DNA of 39,592 nt from Escherichia phage vB_EcoP_LNA7: sequence record OM630586.1, one strand, 5' to 3'. The position numbers and the translations under genes were made by a program. Shown here piece after piece: positions 1 to 9,321 of the stretch (positions within the stretch are counted from its first letter, which is position 1; each line of letters begins with the position of its first letter). The notes below the pieces were generated by a model. It saw only the letters and a program-made list of their open reading frames with translations. It was not told the DNA's origin and did no database searches.

Positions 1-412
1 GACCATCCCTAACTGTGACTTCCTGTGGTGTACCACCGGTAACATCCTGACTCAGACCGAAGAGTCCGCTGACTGGTGGCACCTCTTCCAGACCATCAAG
101 GGTGACATCACCGATGGTTACTCAGGGATTGCTGGGTGGGGCGATACTGCCGAGGACTTCTTGAAGAAGCCGTTCATAACCGAGCCTAAAACGTCTGTGC
201 TTAAGTCTGGTAAGAACAAAGGCCAAGAGGTTACTAAATGGGTTAAACGCGACCCTGAGCCTCATGAGACGCTTTGGGACTGCATTAAGTCCATTGGAGC
301 TAAGGCTGGTATGACCGAAGAGGATATTATCAAGCAGGGCCAAATGGCTCGCATCCTGCGGTTCAACGAGTACAACTTTATCGACAAGGAGATTTACCTG
401 TGGAGACCGTAG
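1..412 (+). CDS. 6: gene 6 5'-3' exonuclease, 3' portion (continues from 39102..39592 across the window boundary)
   Basis: In-frame continuation of the ORF that runs off the window end; stop at 410..412; 491+412 nt = 301 codons, matching T7 gp6 (300 aa). Confidence 0.9.
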   Translation, partial: TIPNCDFLWCTTGNILTQTEESADWWHLFQTIKGDITDGYSGIAGWGDTAEDFLKKPFITEPKTSVLKSGKNKGQEVTKWVKRDPEPHETLWDCIKSIGAKAGMTEEDIIKQGQMARILRFNEYNFIDKEIYLWRP

Positions 413-513
413 AATACATTGGCATCGGTCTTTGTGGTCTCGGAGTGTGCCTCATTGCGTGGGGCCTTTGGGACTTAGCCCGAATAATCAAGTCGTTACA
501 CGACACTAAGTGA
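400..513 (+). CDS. 6.3: gene 6.3 small hydrophobic protein, 37 aa, GTG start overlapping end of gene 6
   Basis: Manual translation (M)ETVEYIGIGLCGLGVCLIAWGLWDLARIIKSLHDTK; same length and near-identical to recalled T7 gp6.3. Confidence 0.6.
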   Translation: METVEYIGIGLCGLGVCLIAWGLWDLARIIKSLHDTK

Positions 514-575
514 TAAACTCAAGGTCCCTAAATTAATACGACTCACTATAGGGAGATAGGGGCCTTTATGATTAT
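511..575 (+). promoter_or_regulatory. RNase III processing hairpin R6.5 (encloses promoter phi6.5)
   Basis: Motif actcaaggtc ... ggcctttatga, shared with the other R sites in this window. Confidence 0.6.
534..556 (+). promoter_or_regulatory. Phage RNAP class III promoter phi6.5
   Basis: taatacgactcactatagggaga, exact 23-bp consensus. Confidence 0.95.
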
Positions 576-610
576 TACTTTAAGATTTAACCCTAAGAGG
601 AATCTTTATC

Positions 611-865
611 ATGTTAACACCTATTAACCAATTACTTAAGAACCCTAACGATATTCCAGACGTGCCTCGTGCAACCGCTGAGTATCTACAGGTTCGATTC
701 AACTACGCGTACCTCGAAGCGTCTGGTCATATAGGACTTATGCGTGCTAACGGTTGTAGTGAGGCCCACATCTTGGGTTTCATTCAGGGCCTACAGTATG
801 CCTCTAACGTCATTGACGAGATTGAGCTACGCAAGGAACAACTAAGAGATGATGGGGAGGATTGA
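611..865 (+). CDS. 6.5: gene 6.5 protein
   Basis: ORF track, 84 aa, matches recalled T7 gp6.5. Confidence 0.85.
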
Positions 866-869
866 CACT

Positions 870-1136
870 ATGTGTTTCTCACCGAAAGTTAAAGTTCCGA
901 AGATGGATACCAATCAGATTCGAGCCGTTGAGCCAGCGCCTCTGACCCAAGAAGTGTCAAGCGTGGAGTTCGGTGGGTCTTCTGATGAGACGGATACCGA
1001 AGGCACCGAAGTGTCTGGACGCAAAGACCTCAAGGTCGAACGCGATGACTCCGTAGCGAAGTCTAAAGCCAGTGGTACTGGTTCCGCTCGTATGAAATCT
1101 TCAATCCGTAAGTCCGCATTTGGAGGCAAGAAGTGA
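870..1136 (+). CDS. 6.7: gene 6.7 virion protein
   Basis: ORF 849..1136 trimmed to the ATG of MCFSPKVK; 88 aa as in T7 gp6.7. Confidence 0.85.
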   Translation: MCFSPKVKVPKMDTNQIRAVEPAPLTQEVSSVEFGGSSDETDTEGTEVSGRKDLKVERDDSVAKSKASGTGSARMKSSIRKSAFGGKK

Positions 1137-1537
1137 TGTCTGAGTTCACATGTGTGGAGGCCAAGAGTCGCTTCCGTGCAATCCGGTGGACTGTAGAGCA
1201 CCTTGGGTTGCCCAAAGGATTCGAAGGACACTTTGTGGGTTACAGCCTCTACGTAGACGAAGTAATGGACATGTCCGGTTGTCGTGAAGAGTACATTCTG
1301 GACTCTACCGGAAAACATGTAGCGTACTTCGCGTGGTGCGTAAGCTGTGACATTCACCACAAAGGAGACATTCTGGACGTAACGTCCGTTGTCATTAATC
1401 CTGAGGCAGACTCTAAGGGCTTACAGCGATTCCTAGCGAAACGCTTTAAGTACCTTGCAGAACTCCATGATTGCGATTGGGTGTCCCGCTGTAAACACGA
1501 AGGCGAGACAATGCGTGTATACTTTAAGGAGGTATAA
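1136..1537 (+). CDS. 7: gene 7 virion (host-range) protein
   Basis: ORF 1133..1537 trimmed to ATG 1136 (MSEFTCVEAK), overlapping the TGA of 6.7; 133 aa. Confidence 0.9.
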   Translation: MSEFTCVEAKSRFRAIRWTVEHLGLPKGFEGHFVGYSLYVDEVMDMSGCREEYILDSTGKHVAYFAWCVSCDIHHKGDILDVTSVVINPEADSKGLQRFLAKRFKYLAELHDCDWVSRCKHEGETMRVYFKEV

Positions 1538-1540
1538 GTT

Positions 1541-1843
1541 ATGGGTAAGAAAATTAAGAAGGCCGTGAAGAAAGTCACTAAGTCCGTTAAGAAAGTCGTT
1601 AAGGAAGTGGCTCGTCCGGTTAAACAGATTGCTGGTGGTCTGGCTGGTGGTGCTGGTGAAGCACAGGTAGTTGAAGTTCCACAAGCTGCCGCAACTCCTG
1701 CTGCACAGATTGTTGATGTTCCTGAGAAAGAGGTTTCCACTGAGGACGAAGCACAGACCGAAAGCGGACGTAAGAAAGCTCGCGCTGGCGGTAAGAAGTC
1801 CTTGAGTGTAGCCCGTAGCTCCGGTGGGGGTATAAATATTTGA
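1541..1843 (+). CDS. 7.3: gene 7.3 tail/adsorption protein, lysine-rich
   Basis: ORF track 100 codons, MGKKIKKAVKK...; SD aaggaggt upstream. Confidence 0.9.
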   Translation: MGKKIKKAVKKVTKSVKKVVKEVARPVKQIAGGLAGGAGEAQVVEVPQAAATPAAQIVDVPEKEVSTEDEAQTESGRKKARAGGKKSLSVARSSGGGINI

Positions 1844-1857
1844 ACAGGAGGTGACAC

Positions 1858-2250
1858 ATGGAGAATTGCATCGAGTGGACTAAAGGTACTAACCAGAAGG
1901 GTTACGGTAGGAAGTGGGTTGACGGTAAGCTGGTTGCGGCGCATCACCACGCCTATGAAGAAGTACACGGCCCTATTCCAGATGGTCTTGTAGTGATGCA
2001 CCTCTGTGACAATCCTAGATGCTATAACGTGGAGCACTTGACTCTTGGGACTCATGCTGACAACTCAGATGACAAGGTGCGTAAAGGTAGACAAGCAAAA
2101 GGTGAAACTCTAAGTAAGAAACTTACTGAGACAGATGTTTTGACTATTCGCACCTTAGACCTGCCGCATGCTGAGATAGCCAAGATATATGGTGTTAGTC
2201 AATCCACCATAACTCGCATAATTAGACGCGACACATGGAGGCATATCTAA
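1858..2250 (+). CDS. 7.7: gene 7.7 HNH homing-endonuclease-like protein
   Basis: 130 aa; HLCDNPRCYNVEHL HNH motif plus C-terminal HTH-like IAKIYGVSQSTITRIIRR; matches T7 gp7.7. Confidence 0.9.
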   Translation: MENCIEWTKGTNQKGYGRKWVDGKLVAAHHHAYEEVHGPIPDGLVVMHLCDNPRCYNVEHLTLGTHADNSDDKVRKGRQAKGETLSKKLTETDVLTIRTLDLPHAEIAKIYGVSQSTITRIIRRDTWRHI

Positions 2251-3860
2251 TGGCTGAGAAACGAACAGGACTTGCGGAGGAGGGCGCAAAGTCTGTCTAT
2301 GAGCGCTTAAAGAACGACCGTGCTCCTTACGAGACACGCGCTCAGAATTGCGCTCAGTATACCATCCCTTCATTGTTCCCTAAGGACTCCGATAACTCCT
2401 CTACAGATTATACCACGCCGTGGCAAGCTGTGGGCGCTCGCGGTCTAAACAATCTAGCGTCAAAGTTAATGCTTGCGCTCTTCCCGATGCAAACATGGAT
2501 GCGCCTTACCATCTCAGAATATGAGGCCAAACAGCTACTGAACGACCCCGACTCTCTAGCCAAGGTTGATGAGGGTCTCTCGATGGTAGAGCGTATCATC
2601 ATGAACTACATTGAGTCTAACAGTTACCGAGTGACTCTCTTTGAGGCTCTCAAACAGTTAGTCGTAGCTGGTAACGTCCTGCTGTACCTACCGGAACCGG
2701 AAGGGTCAAACTATAATCCCATGAAGCTGTACCGATTGTCTTCTTATGTGGTCCAACGAGACGCATTCGGCAACGTTCTGCAAATGGTGACTCGTGACCA
2801 GATAGCTTTCGGTGCTCTCCCTGAGGACATCCGTAAGGCTGTAGAAGGTAAAGGTGGTGAGAAGAAAGCCGATGAGACCATCGATGTGTACACTCACATC
2901 TATCTGGATGAGGACTCAGGTGAATACCTACGATACGAAGAGGTCGATGGTATGGAAGTACAAGGCTCCGATGGGTCTTACCCTAAAGAGGCTTGCCCGT
3001 ACATCCCGATTCGAATGGTTCGACTGGATGGTGAATCCTACGGTCGTTCGTACATTGAGGAATACTTAGGTGACTTACGGTCCCTTGAGAATCTCCAAGA
3101 GGCTATCGTCAAGATGTCAATGATTAGCTCTAAGGTTATCGGCTTAGTGAATCCTGCTGGTATCACCCAGCCACGCCGACTGACAAAAGCTCAGACTGGT
3201 GACTTCGTTACTGGTCGTCCAGAAGACATCTCGTTCCTCCAACTGGAGAAGCAAGCCGACTTTACCGTAGCCAAGGCTGTCAGTGACGCTATTGAGGCTC
3301 GCCTTTCGTTTGCCTTTATGTTGAACTCTGCGGTTCAGCGCACAGGTGAACGAGTGACCGCCGAAGAGATTCGGTATGTCGCTTCTGAACTTGAAGATAC
3401 TTTGGGTGGTGTCTACTCTATCCTTTCTCAAGAATTACAATTGCCTCTGGTACGAGTGCTCTTGAAGCAACTACAAGCCACGCAACAGATTCCTGAGTTA
3501 CCTAAGGAAGCCGTAGAGCCAACCATTAGTACAGGTCTAGAAGCAATTGGTCGAGGACAAGACCTTGATAAGCTGGAGCGGTGTGTCACTGCATGGGCTG
3601 CACTGGCTCCTATGCGGGATGACCCTGATATTAACCTTGCGATGATTAAGTTGCGGATTGCCAACGCTATCGGTATTGACACTTCGGGTATTCTACTCAC
3701 CGAAGAACAGAAGCAACAGAAGATGGCCCAACAGTCTATGCAAATGGGTATGGATAATGGTGCTGCTGCGCTGGCTCAAGGTATGGCTGCACAGGCTACA
3801 GCTTCACCTGAGGCTATGGTTGCTGCCGCTGATTCCGTAGGTTTACAGCCGGGCATTTAA
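2250..3860 (+). CDS. 8: gene 8 portal (head-to-tail connector) protein
   Basis: ORF 2235..3860 trimmed to ATG 2250 (MAEKRTGLAE), overlapping the TAA of 7.7; 536 aa as in T7. Confidence 0.95.
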   Translation: MAEKRTGLAEEGAKSVYERLKNDRAPYETRAQNCAQYTIPSLFPKDSDNSSTDYTTPWQAVGARGLNNLASKLMLALFPMQTWMRLTISEYEAKQLLNDPDSLAKVDEGLSMVERIIMNYIESNSYRVTLFEALKQLVVAGNVLLYLPEPEGSNYNPMKLYRLSSYVVQRDAFGNVLQMVTRDQIAFGALPEDIRKAVEGKGGEKKADETIDVYTHIYLDEDSGEYLRYEEVDGMEVQGSDGSYPKEACPYIPIRMVRLDGESYGRSYIEEYLGDLRSLENLQEAIVKMSMISSKVIGLVNPAGITQPRRLTKAQTGDFVTGRPEDISFLQLEKQADFTVAKAVSDAIEARLSFAFMLNSAVQRTGERVTAEEIRYVASELEDTLGGVYSILSQELQLPLVRVLLKQLQATQQIPELPKEAVEPTISTGLEAIGRGQDLDKLERCVTAWAALAPMRDDPDINLAMIKLRIANAIGIDTSGILLTEEQKQQKMAQQSMQMGMDNGAAALAQGMAAQATASPEAMVAAADSVGLQPGI

Positions 3861-3880
3861 TACGACTCACTATAGGGAGA
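3858..3880 (+). promoter_or_regulatory. Phage RNAP class III promoter phi9
   Basis: taatacgactcactatagggaga. Confidence 0.95.
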
Positions 3881-3959
3881 CCTCATCTTTGAAATGAGCG
3901 ATGACAAGAGGTTGGAGTCCTCGGTCTTCCTGTAGTTCAACTTTAAGGAGACAATAATA

Positions 3960-4883
3960 ATGGCTGAATCTAATGCAGACGTATATGCATCTTTTGGCGT
4001 GAACTCCGCTGTGATGTCTGGTGGTTCCGTTGAGGAACATGAGCAGAACATGCTGGCTCTTGATGTTGCTGCCCGTGATGGCGATGATGCAATCGAGTTA
4101 GCGTCCGACGAAGTGGAAACAGAACGTGACCTGTACGACAACTCTGACCCATTCGGTCAAGAGGATGACGAAGGTCGCATTCAGGTTCGTATTGGTGATG
4201 GCTCTGAGCCTACCGATGTGGATACTGGCGAAGAAGGCTTTGAGGGCACCGAAGGCTCCGAAGAGTTTACCCCACTGGGTGAGACTCCAGAAGAACTGGT
4301 AGCTGCCTCTGAGCAACTTGGTGAGCACGAAGAGGGCTTCCAAGAGATGATTAACATTGCTGCCGAGCGTGGCATGAGCGTCGAGACCATTGAGGCTATC
4401 CAGCGTGAGTACGAGGAGAACGAGGAGTTGTCCGCTGAATCCTACGCTAAGCTGGCTGAAATTGGCTACACTAAGGCTTTCATTGACTCGTATATCCGTG
4501 GTCAAGAAGCTCTGGTGGAGCAGTACGTAAACAGTGTCATTGAGTACGCTGGTGGTCGTGAGCGTTTTGACGCACTCTATAATCACCTTGAGACGCACAA
4601 CCCTGAGGCTGCACAGTCGCTGGACAATGCGTTGACCAATCGTGACTTAGCGACCGTTAAGGCTATCATCAACTTGGCTGGTGAGTCTCGCGCTAAGGCG
4701 TTCGGTCGTAAGCCCACTCGTAGTGTGACTAATCGTGCTATTCCTGCTAAACCTCAGGCTACCAAGCGTGAAGGCTTTGCGGACCGTAGCGAGATGATTA
4801 AAGCTATGAGCGACCCTCGGTATCGCACAGATGCCAACTATCGTCGTCAAGTCGAACAGAAAGTAATCGATTCGAACTTCTGA
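3960..4883 (+). CDS. 9: gene 9 capsid scaffolding protein (acidic)
   Basis: ORF track 307 aa, same length as T7 gp9; SD aaggagac. Confidence 0.95.
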   Translation: MAESNADVYASFGVNSAVMSGGSVEEHEQNMLALDVAARDGDDAIELASDEVETERDLYDNSDPFGQEDDEGRIQVRIGDGSEPTDVDTGEEGFEGTEGSEEFTPLGETPEELVAASEQLGEHEEGFQEMINIAAERGMSVETIEAIQREYEENEELSAESYAKLAEIGYTKAFIDSYIRGQEALVEQYVNSVIEYAGGRERFDALYNHLETHNPEAAQSLDNALTNRDLATVKAIINLAGESRAKAFGRKPTRSVTNRAIPAKPQATKREGFADRSEMIKAMSDPRYRTDANYRRQVEQKVIDSNF

Positions 4884-4896
4884 TAGACTCTGAAAT

Positions 4897-4919
4897 TAAT
4901 ACGACTCACTATAGGGAGA
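4897..4919 (+). promoter_or_regulatory. Phage RNAP class III promoter phi10, followed by the gggagaccacaacggtttccc leader hairpin and strong SD aagaaggaga
   Basis: taatacgactcactatagggaga then the leader familiar from pET vectors. Confidence 0.95.
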
Positions 4920-4981
4920 CCACAACGGTTTCCCTCTAGAAATCATTCTTTGTTTAACTTTCTTAAGAAGGAGACATACAT

Positions 4982-6019
4982 ATGGCTAACATGACTGGTG
5001 GACAGCAAATGGGTACTAACCAAGGTAAAGGCGTAAGTACTGGTTCTGCCGATAAACTGGCGTTGTTCTTGAAGGTATTTGGCGGTGAAGTCCTGACTGC
5101 GTTCGCTCGTACCTCCGTGACCACTTCTCGCCACATGGTCCGCTCCATCTCCAGCGGCAAATCTGCTCAGTTCCCTGTTCTGGGTCGCACTCAGGCAGCA
5201 TATCTGGCTCCGGGTGAGAACCTCGACGATAAACGTAAGGACATCAAACACACCGAGAAGGTAATCACCATTGATGGTCTCCTGACGTCTGACGTTCTGA
5301 TTTACGATATTGAGGACGCGATGAACCACTACGACGTTCGCTCTGAGTATACCTCTCAGTTGGGTGAATCTCTGGCGATGGCTGCGGATGGTGCGGTTCT
5401 GGCAGAGATTGCTGGTCTGTGTAACTTGGAAAGCCAATATGATGAGAACATTGCAGGTCTGGGCACTGCCACTGTGATTGAGACCACTCAGAACAAGGCT
5501 GCCCTTACCGACCAAGTTGCTCTGGGTAAAGAGATCATTGCGGCTCTGACCAAAGCTCGTGCGGCTCTGACCAAGAACTATGTTCCTGCTGCTGACCGCG
5601 TGTTCTACTGTGACCCAGATAGCTACTCTGCGATTCTGGCAGCACTGATGCCTAACGCGGCAAACTACGCTGCTCTGATTGACCCTGAGAAGGGTTCTAT
5701 CCGTAACGTTATGGGCTTTGAGGTTGTAGAAGTTCCTCACCTCACCGCTGGTGGTGCTGGCACCTCTCGTTCTGATGCTACCGGTCAGAAGCACGCCTTC
5801 CCTGCCACTAAGAGTGGTAATGACAAGGTTGCTAAAGACAACGTTATCGGCCTGTTCATGCACCGCTCTGCGGTAGGTACTGTTAAACTGCGTGACTTGG
5901 CTCTGGAGCGCGCTCGCCGTGCTAACTTCCAAGCGGACCAGATTATCGCTAAGTACGCAATGGGCCATGGTGGTCTGCGCCCAGAAGCTGCTGGTGCAGT
6001 GGTTTTCATGGCGGGGTAA
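4982..6019 (+). CDS. 10A: gene 10A major capsid protein
   Basis: ORF track 345 aa, MANMTGGQQMG...; T7 gp10A is 345 aa. Confidence 0.95.
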   Translation: MANMTGGQQMGTNQGKGVSTGSADKLALFLKVFGGEVLTAFARTSVTTSRHMVRSISSGKSAQFPVLGRTQAAYLAPGENLDDKRKDIKHTEKVITIDGLLTSDVLIYDIEDAMNHYDVRSEYTSQLGESLAMAADGAVLAEIAGLCNLESQYDENIAGLGTATVIETTQNKAALTDQVALGKEIIAALTKARAALTKNYVPAADRVFYCDPDSYSAILAALMPNAANYAALIDPEKGSIRNVMGFEVVEVPHLTAGGAGTSRSDATGQKHAFPATKSGNDKVAKDNVIGLFMHRSAVGTVKLRDLALERARRANFQADQIIAKYAMGHGGLRPEAAGAVVFMAG

Positions 6020-6177
6020 CGCTAGAGGTGGCCTCAACGGTCGCTGCTAGTCCCGAAGAGGTGAGTGTTACTTCAACCGAAGAAACCTTAACGCCAGCAC
6101 AGAAGGCTGCACGCACTCGCGCTGCTAACAAAGCCCGAAAGGAAGCTGAGTTGGCTGCTGCCACTGCTGAGCAATAA
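4982..6177 (+). CDS. 10B: gene 10B minor capsid protein made by programmed -1 frameshift near 6001..6007
   Basis: -1 frame is open from ggttttc (6001..6007) to TAA 6175..6177 and encodes ...VASTVAASPEEVSVTSTEETLTPAQKAARTRAANKARKEAELAAATAEQ, as recalled for T7 10B. Confidence 0.8.
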
Positions 6178-6186
6178 CTAGCATAA

Positions 6187-6224
6187 CCCCTTGGGGCCTC
6201 TAAACGGGTCTTGAGGGGTTTTTT
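6187..6224 (+). terminator. Tphi, late terminator for phage RNAP
   Basis: ccccttggggcctctaaacgggtcttgagggg hairpin followed by tttttt. Confidence 0.95.
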
Positions 6225-6245
6225 GCTTAAAGGAGGAGGAACTAT

Positions 6246-6836
6246 ATGCGCTCATACGATATGAACGTTGAGACTGCCGCTGAGTTATCCGCTGTGAACG
6301 ACATTCTGGCATCTATCGGGGAACCTCCGGTATCGACGCTGGAAGGTGACTCTAACGCAGACGTAGCGAACGCTCGGCGCATTCTCAATAAGATTAACCG
6401 ACAGATTCAGTCTCAAGGGTGGACGTTCAACATTGAGGAAGGCATTACGCTATTACCCGATGTTTACTCCAACCTGATTGTGTACAGTGACGACTATTTA
6501 TCCCTAATGTCTACTTCCGGTCAATCCACCTACGTTAACCGAGGTGGCTATGTGTATGACCGAACGAGTCAATCAGACCGCTTTGACTCTGGTATTACTG
6601 TGAACATTATTCGTCTCCGCGACTACGATGAGATGCCTGAGTGCTTCCGTTACTGGATTGTCACCAAGGCTTCCCGTCAGTTCAACAACCGATTCTTTGG
6701 GGCACCAGAAGTAGAAGGTGTACTCCAAGAAGAGGAAGATGAGGCTCGACGTCTCTGTATGGAGTACGAGATGGACTACGGTGGGTACAATATGCTTGAT
6801 GGTGACGCGTTCACTTCTGGTCTACTGACTCGCTAA
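6246..6836 (+). CDS. 11: gene 11 tail tubular protein A (gatekeeper)
   Basis: ORF track 196 aa, same as T7 gp11. Confidence 0.95.
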   Translation: MRSYDMNVETAAELSAVNDILASIGEPPVSTLEGDSNADVANARRILNKINRQIQSQGWTFNIEEGITLLPDVYSNLIVYSDDYLSLMSTSGQSTYVNRGGYVYDRTSQSDRFDSGITVNIIRLRDYDEMPECFRYWIVTKASRQFNNRFFGAPEVEGVLQEEEDEARRLCMEYEMDYGGYNMLDGDAFTSGLLTR

Positions 6837-6856
6837 TAATCAATAAGGAGGCTCTA

Positions 6857-9241
6857 ATGGCACTCATTAGCCAATCAATCAAGAACTTGAAGGGTGGTAT
6901 CAGTCAACAGCCTGACATCCTTCGTTATCCCGACCAAGGGTCACGCCAAGTTAACGGTTGGTCTTCGGAGACCGAGGGCCTCCAAAAGCGTCCACCTATG
7001 GTCTTCTTAAAGACACTTGGAGACAACGGTGCTTTAGGTCAATCTCCGTACATCCACCTGATTAACCGTGATGAGAACGAACAGTATTACGCTGTGTTCA
7101 CCGGAACAGGAATCCGTGTGTTTGACCTTGCTGGTAACGAGAAGCAAGTTAGGTATCCTAACGGTTCCAACTACATCCAGACCGCTCAGCCACGTAACGA
7201 CCTGCGAATGGTTACTGTAGCAGACTATACGTTCATCGTTAACCGTAACGTTGTTGTACAGAAGGACCCACTTTATATCAACTTACCGAATTATAACCCT
7301 AAGCAGGACGCTCTGATAAACGTTCGCGGTGGTCAGTATGGTCGTACCTTACAGATTATGATTAACGGTGGTTTACAAGCCTCCTATCAGATTCCTGATG
7401 GTTCACAGCCAGCACACGTTAATAACACTGACGCTCAGTGGTTAGCAGAAGAGTTGGCTCGCCAGTGTAGAGCAAATACTCCGGGATGGACCTTCAATGT
7501 TGGGCAGGGTTTTATCCACATCATAGCACCTGCGGGTCAACAGATTGATTCCCTGATGACGAAGGATGGCTACGCAGACCAGTTGATTAACCCTGTGACC
7601 CACTACGCTCAGTCGTTCTCTAAGTTGCCACCTAATGCTCCTAATGGCTACATGGTGAAAATCGTAGGGGACGCCTCTAAGTCTGCCGACCAGTATTACG
7701 TTCGGTATGACGCTGAGCGGAAAGTTTGGGCTGAGACTTTAGGTTGGAACACTGAGTACCAAGTTCTATGGAACACCATGCCACACGCTCTTGTGCGAGC
7801 CTCTGATGGTAATTTCGACTTCAAGTGGCTTGAGTGGTCTCCTAAGTCTTGTGGAGACGTTGATACTAACCCTTGGCCTTCTTTTGTTGGTTCAAGTATC
7901 AACGATGTGTTCTTCTTCCGTAACCGCTTAGGATTCCTTAGTGGGGAGAACATCATACTGAGTCGTACAGCCAAATACTTCAACTTCTACCCTGCGTCCA
8001 TTGCGAACCTTAGTGATGACGACCCTATAGATGTAGCTGTGAGTACCAACCGAATAGCAATCCTTAAGTACGCCGTTCCGTTCTCAGAAGAGTTACTCAT
8101 CTGGTCCGACGAGGCACAATTCGTACTTACAGCGTCCGGTACACTTACGTCAAAGTCAGTTGAGTTGAACCTAACGACTCAGTTTGATGTGCAGGACCAA
8201 GCGAGACCTTATGGGATTGGGCGTAACGTCTACTTTGCCAGTCCGAGGTCCAGCTACACGTCCATCCACAGATACTACGCCGTGCAGGATGTAAGTTCCG
8301 TTAAGAACGCTGAGGATATCACAGCCCACGTTCCTAACTACATCCCAAATGGTGTGTTTAGTATTTGTGGTAGTGGTACTGAAAACTTCTGTTCGGTATT
8401 ATCTAACGGGGACCCAAGTAAAATCTTCATATACAAATTCCTGTACCTGAACGAAGAGTTAAGACAACAGTCGTGGTCACATTGGGACTTTGGGGAAAAC
8501 GTACAGGTTCTAGCGTGTCAGAGTATCAGCTCAGATATGTATGTTATTCTTCGCAATGAGTTCAATACGTTCCTAGCTAGAATCTCTTTCACTAAGAACG
8601 CCATTGACTTACGAGGAGAACCTTACCGTGCCTTTATGGACATGAAGGTTCGCTACACGATTCCTAGTGGAACATACAACGATGATACATTCACTACCTC
8701 TATCCATATTCCAACCATTTATGGTGCAAACTTCGGGAGGGACAAAATCACTGTATTGGAGCCTGATGGTAAGATAACCGTATGTGAGCAACCAACTGGT
8801 GGGTGGAATAGTGACCCTTGGCTGAGACTAAACGGTAACTTAGAGGGACGTGAAGTGTTCATTGGGTTCAACATACACTTCGTCTATGAGTTCTCTAAGT
8901 TCCTCATTAAGCAAACTGCCGACGATGGGTCTACCTCCACGGAAGACATTGGGCGCTTACAGTTACGCCGAGCGTGGGTTAACTACGAGGATTCTGGTAC
9001 GTTCGACATTTACGTTGAGAACCAATCGTCCAACTGGAAGTACACAATGGCTGGTGCCCGATTAGGCTCTAACACTCTGAGGGCAGGTCGGCTGAACTTA
9101 GGGACCGGACAATACCGATTCCCTGTGGTGGGTAACGCTAAGTTCAATACCGTATACATCGTGTCCGATGCGACTACTCCGCTGAACATCATTGGGTGTG
9201 GCTGGGAAGGTAACTACTTACGGAGAAGTTCAGGTATTTAA
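6857..9241 (+). CDS. 12: gene 12 tail tubular protein B (nozzle)
   Basis: ORF track 794 aa, same as T7 gp12. Confidence 0.95.
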   Translation: MALISQSIKNLKGGISQQPDILRYPDQGSRQVNGWSSETEGLQKRPPMVFLKTLGDNGALGQSPYIHLINRDENEQYYAVFTGTGIRVFDLAGNEKQVRYPNGSNYIQTAQPRNDLRMVTVADYTFIVNRNVVVQKDPLYINLPNYNPKQDALINVRGGQYGRTLQIMINGGLQASYQIPDGSQPAHVNNTDAQWLAEELARQCRANTPGWTFNVGQGFIHIIAPAGQQIDSLMTKDGYADQLINPVTHYAQSFSKLPPNAPNGYMVKIVGDASKSADQYYVRYDAERKVWAETLGWNTEYQVLWNTMPHALVRASDGNFDFKWLEWSPKSCGDVDTNPWPSFVGSSINDVFFFRNRLGFLSGENIILSRTAKYFNFYPASIANLSDDDPIDVAVSTNRIAILKYAVPFSEELLIWSDEAQFVLTASGTLTSKSVELNLTTQFDVQDQARPYGIGRNVYFASPRSSYTSIHRYYAVQDVSSVKNAEDITAHVPNYIPNGVFSICGSGTENFCSVLSNGDPSKIFIYKFLYLNEELRQQSWSHWDFGENVQVLACQSISSDMYVILRNEFNTFLARISFTKNAIDLRGEPYRAFMDMKVRYTIPSGTYNDDTFTTSIHIPTIYGANFGRDKITVLEPDGKITVCEQPTGGWNSDPWLRLNGNLEGREVFIGFNIHFVYEFSKFLIKQTADDGSTSTEDIGRLQLRRAWVNYEDSGTFDIYVENQSSNWKYTMAGARLGSNTLRAGRLNLGTGQYRFPVVGNAKFNTVYIVSDATTPLNIIGCGWEGNYLRRSSGI

Positions 9242-9271
9242 ATAAATGTTCTCCCTGTGGTGGCTCGAAAT

Positions 9272-9294
9272 TAATACGACTCACTATAGGGAGA
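9272..9294 (+). promoter_or_regulatory. Phage RNAP class III promoter phi13
   Basis: taatacgactcactatagggaga. Confidence 0.95.
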
Positions 9295-9321
9295 ACAATA
9301 CGACTACGGGAGGGTTTTCTT

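Noticed and set aside
849-1136. Upstream-extended ORF starts given by the six-frame track (849, 1133, 2235, 9668, 18667, 28171, 30532, 34254, 34691, 34911, 35152, 38308, 38900)
   Set aside because: In each case a downstream ATG with a proper SD coincides with the start of homology to the T7 protein; the extensions are just open frame inside the preceding gene.
1354-2055. 233-aa ORF on the minus strand
   Set aside because: It is antisense to genes 7, 7.3 and 7.7 and has a Pro/Ser/Thr-rich composition with no start context.
4897-4992. Possible expression-vector contamination (T7 promoter plus gene 10 leader plus tag-like start)
   Set aside because: The flanking sequence is contiguous phage genome (gene 9 upstream, full capsid gene downstream) and the leader differs from the vector version at several positions.
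4943-6037. 364-aa ORF on the minus strand
   Set aside because: It lies antisense to the major capsid gene 10A with no SD or promoter context, and the translation is low-complexity (Ser/Thr/Arg/Val rich), typical of a reverse-frame artefact. All supported genes in this genome are on the + strand.
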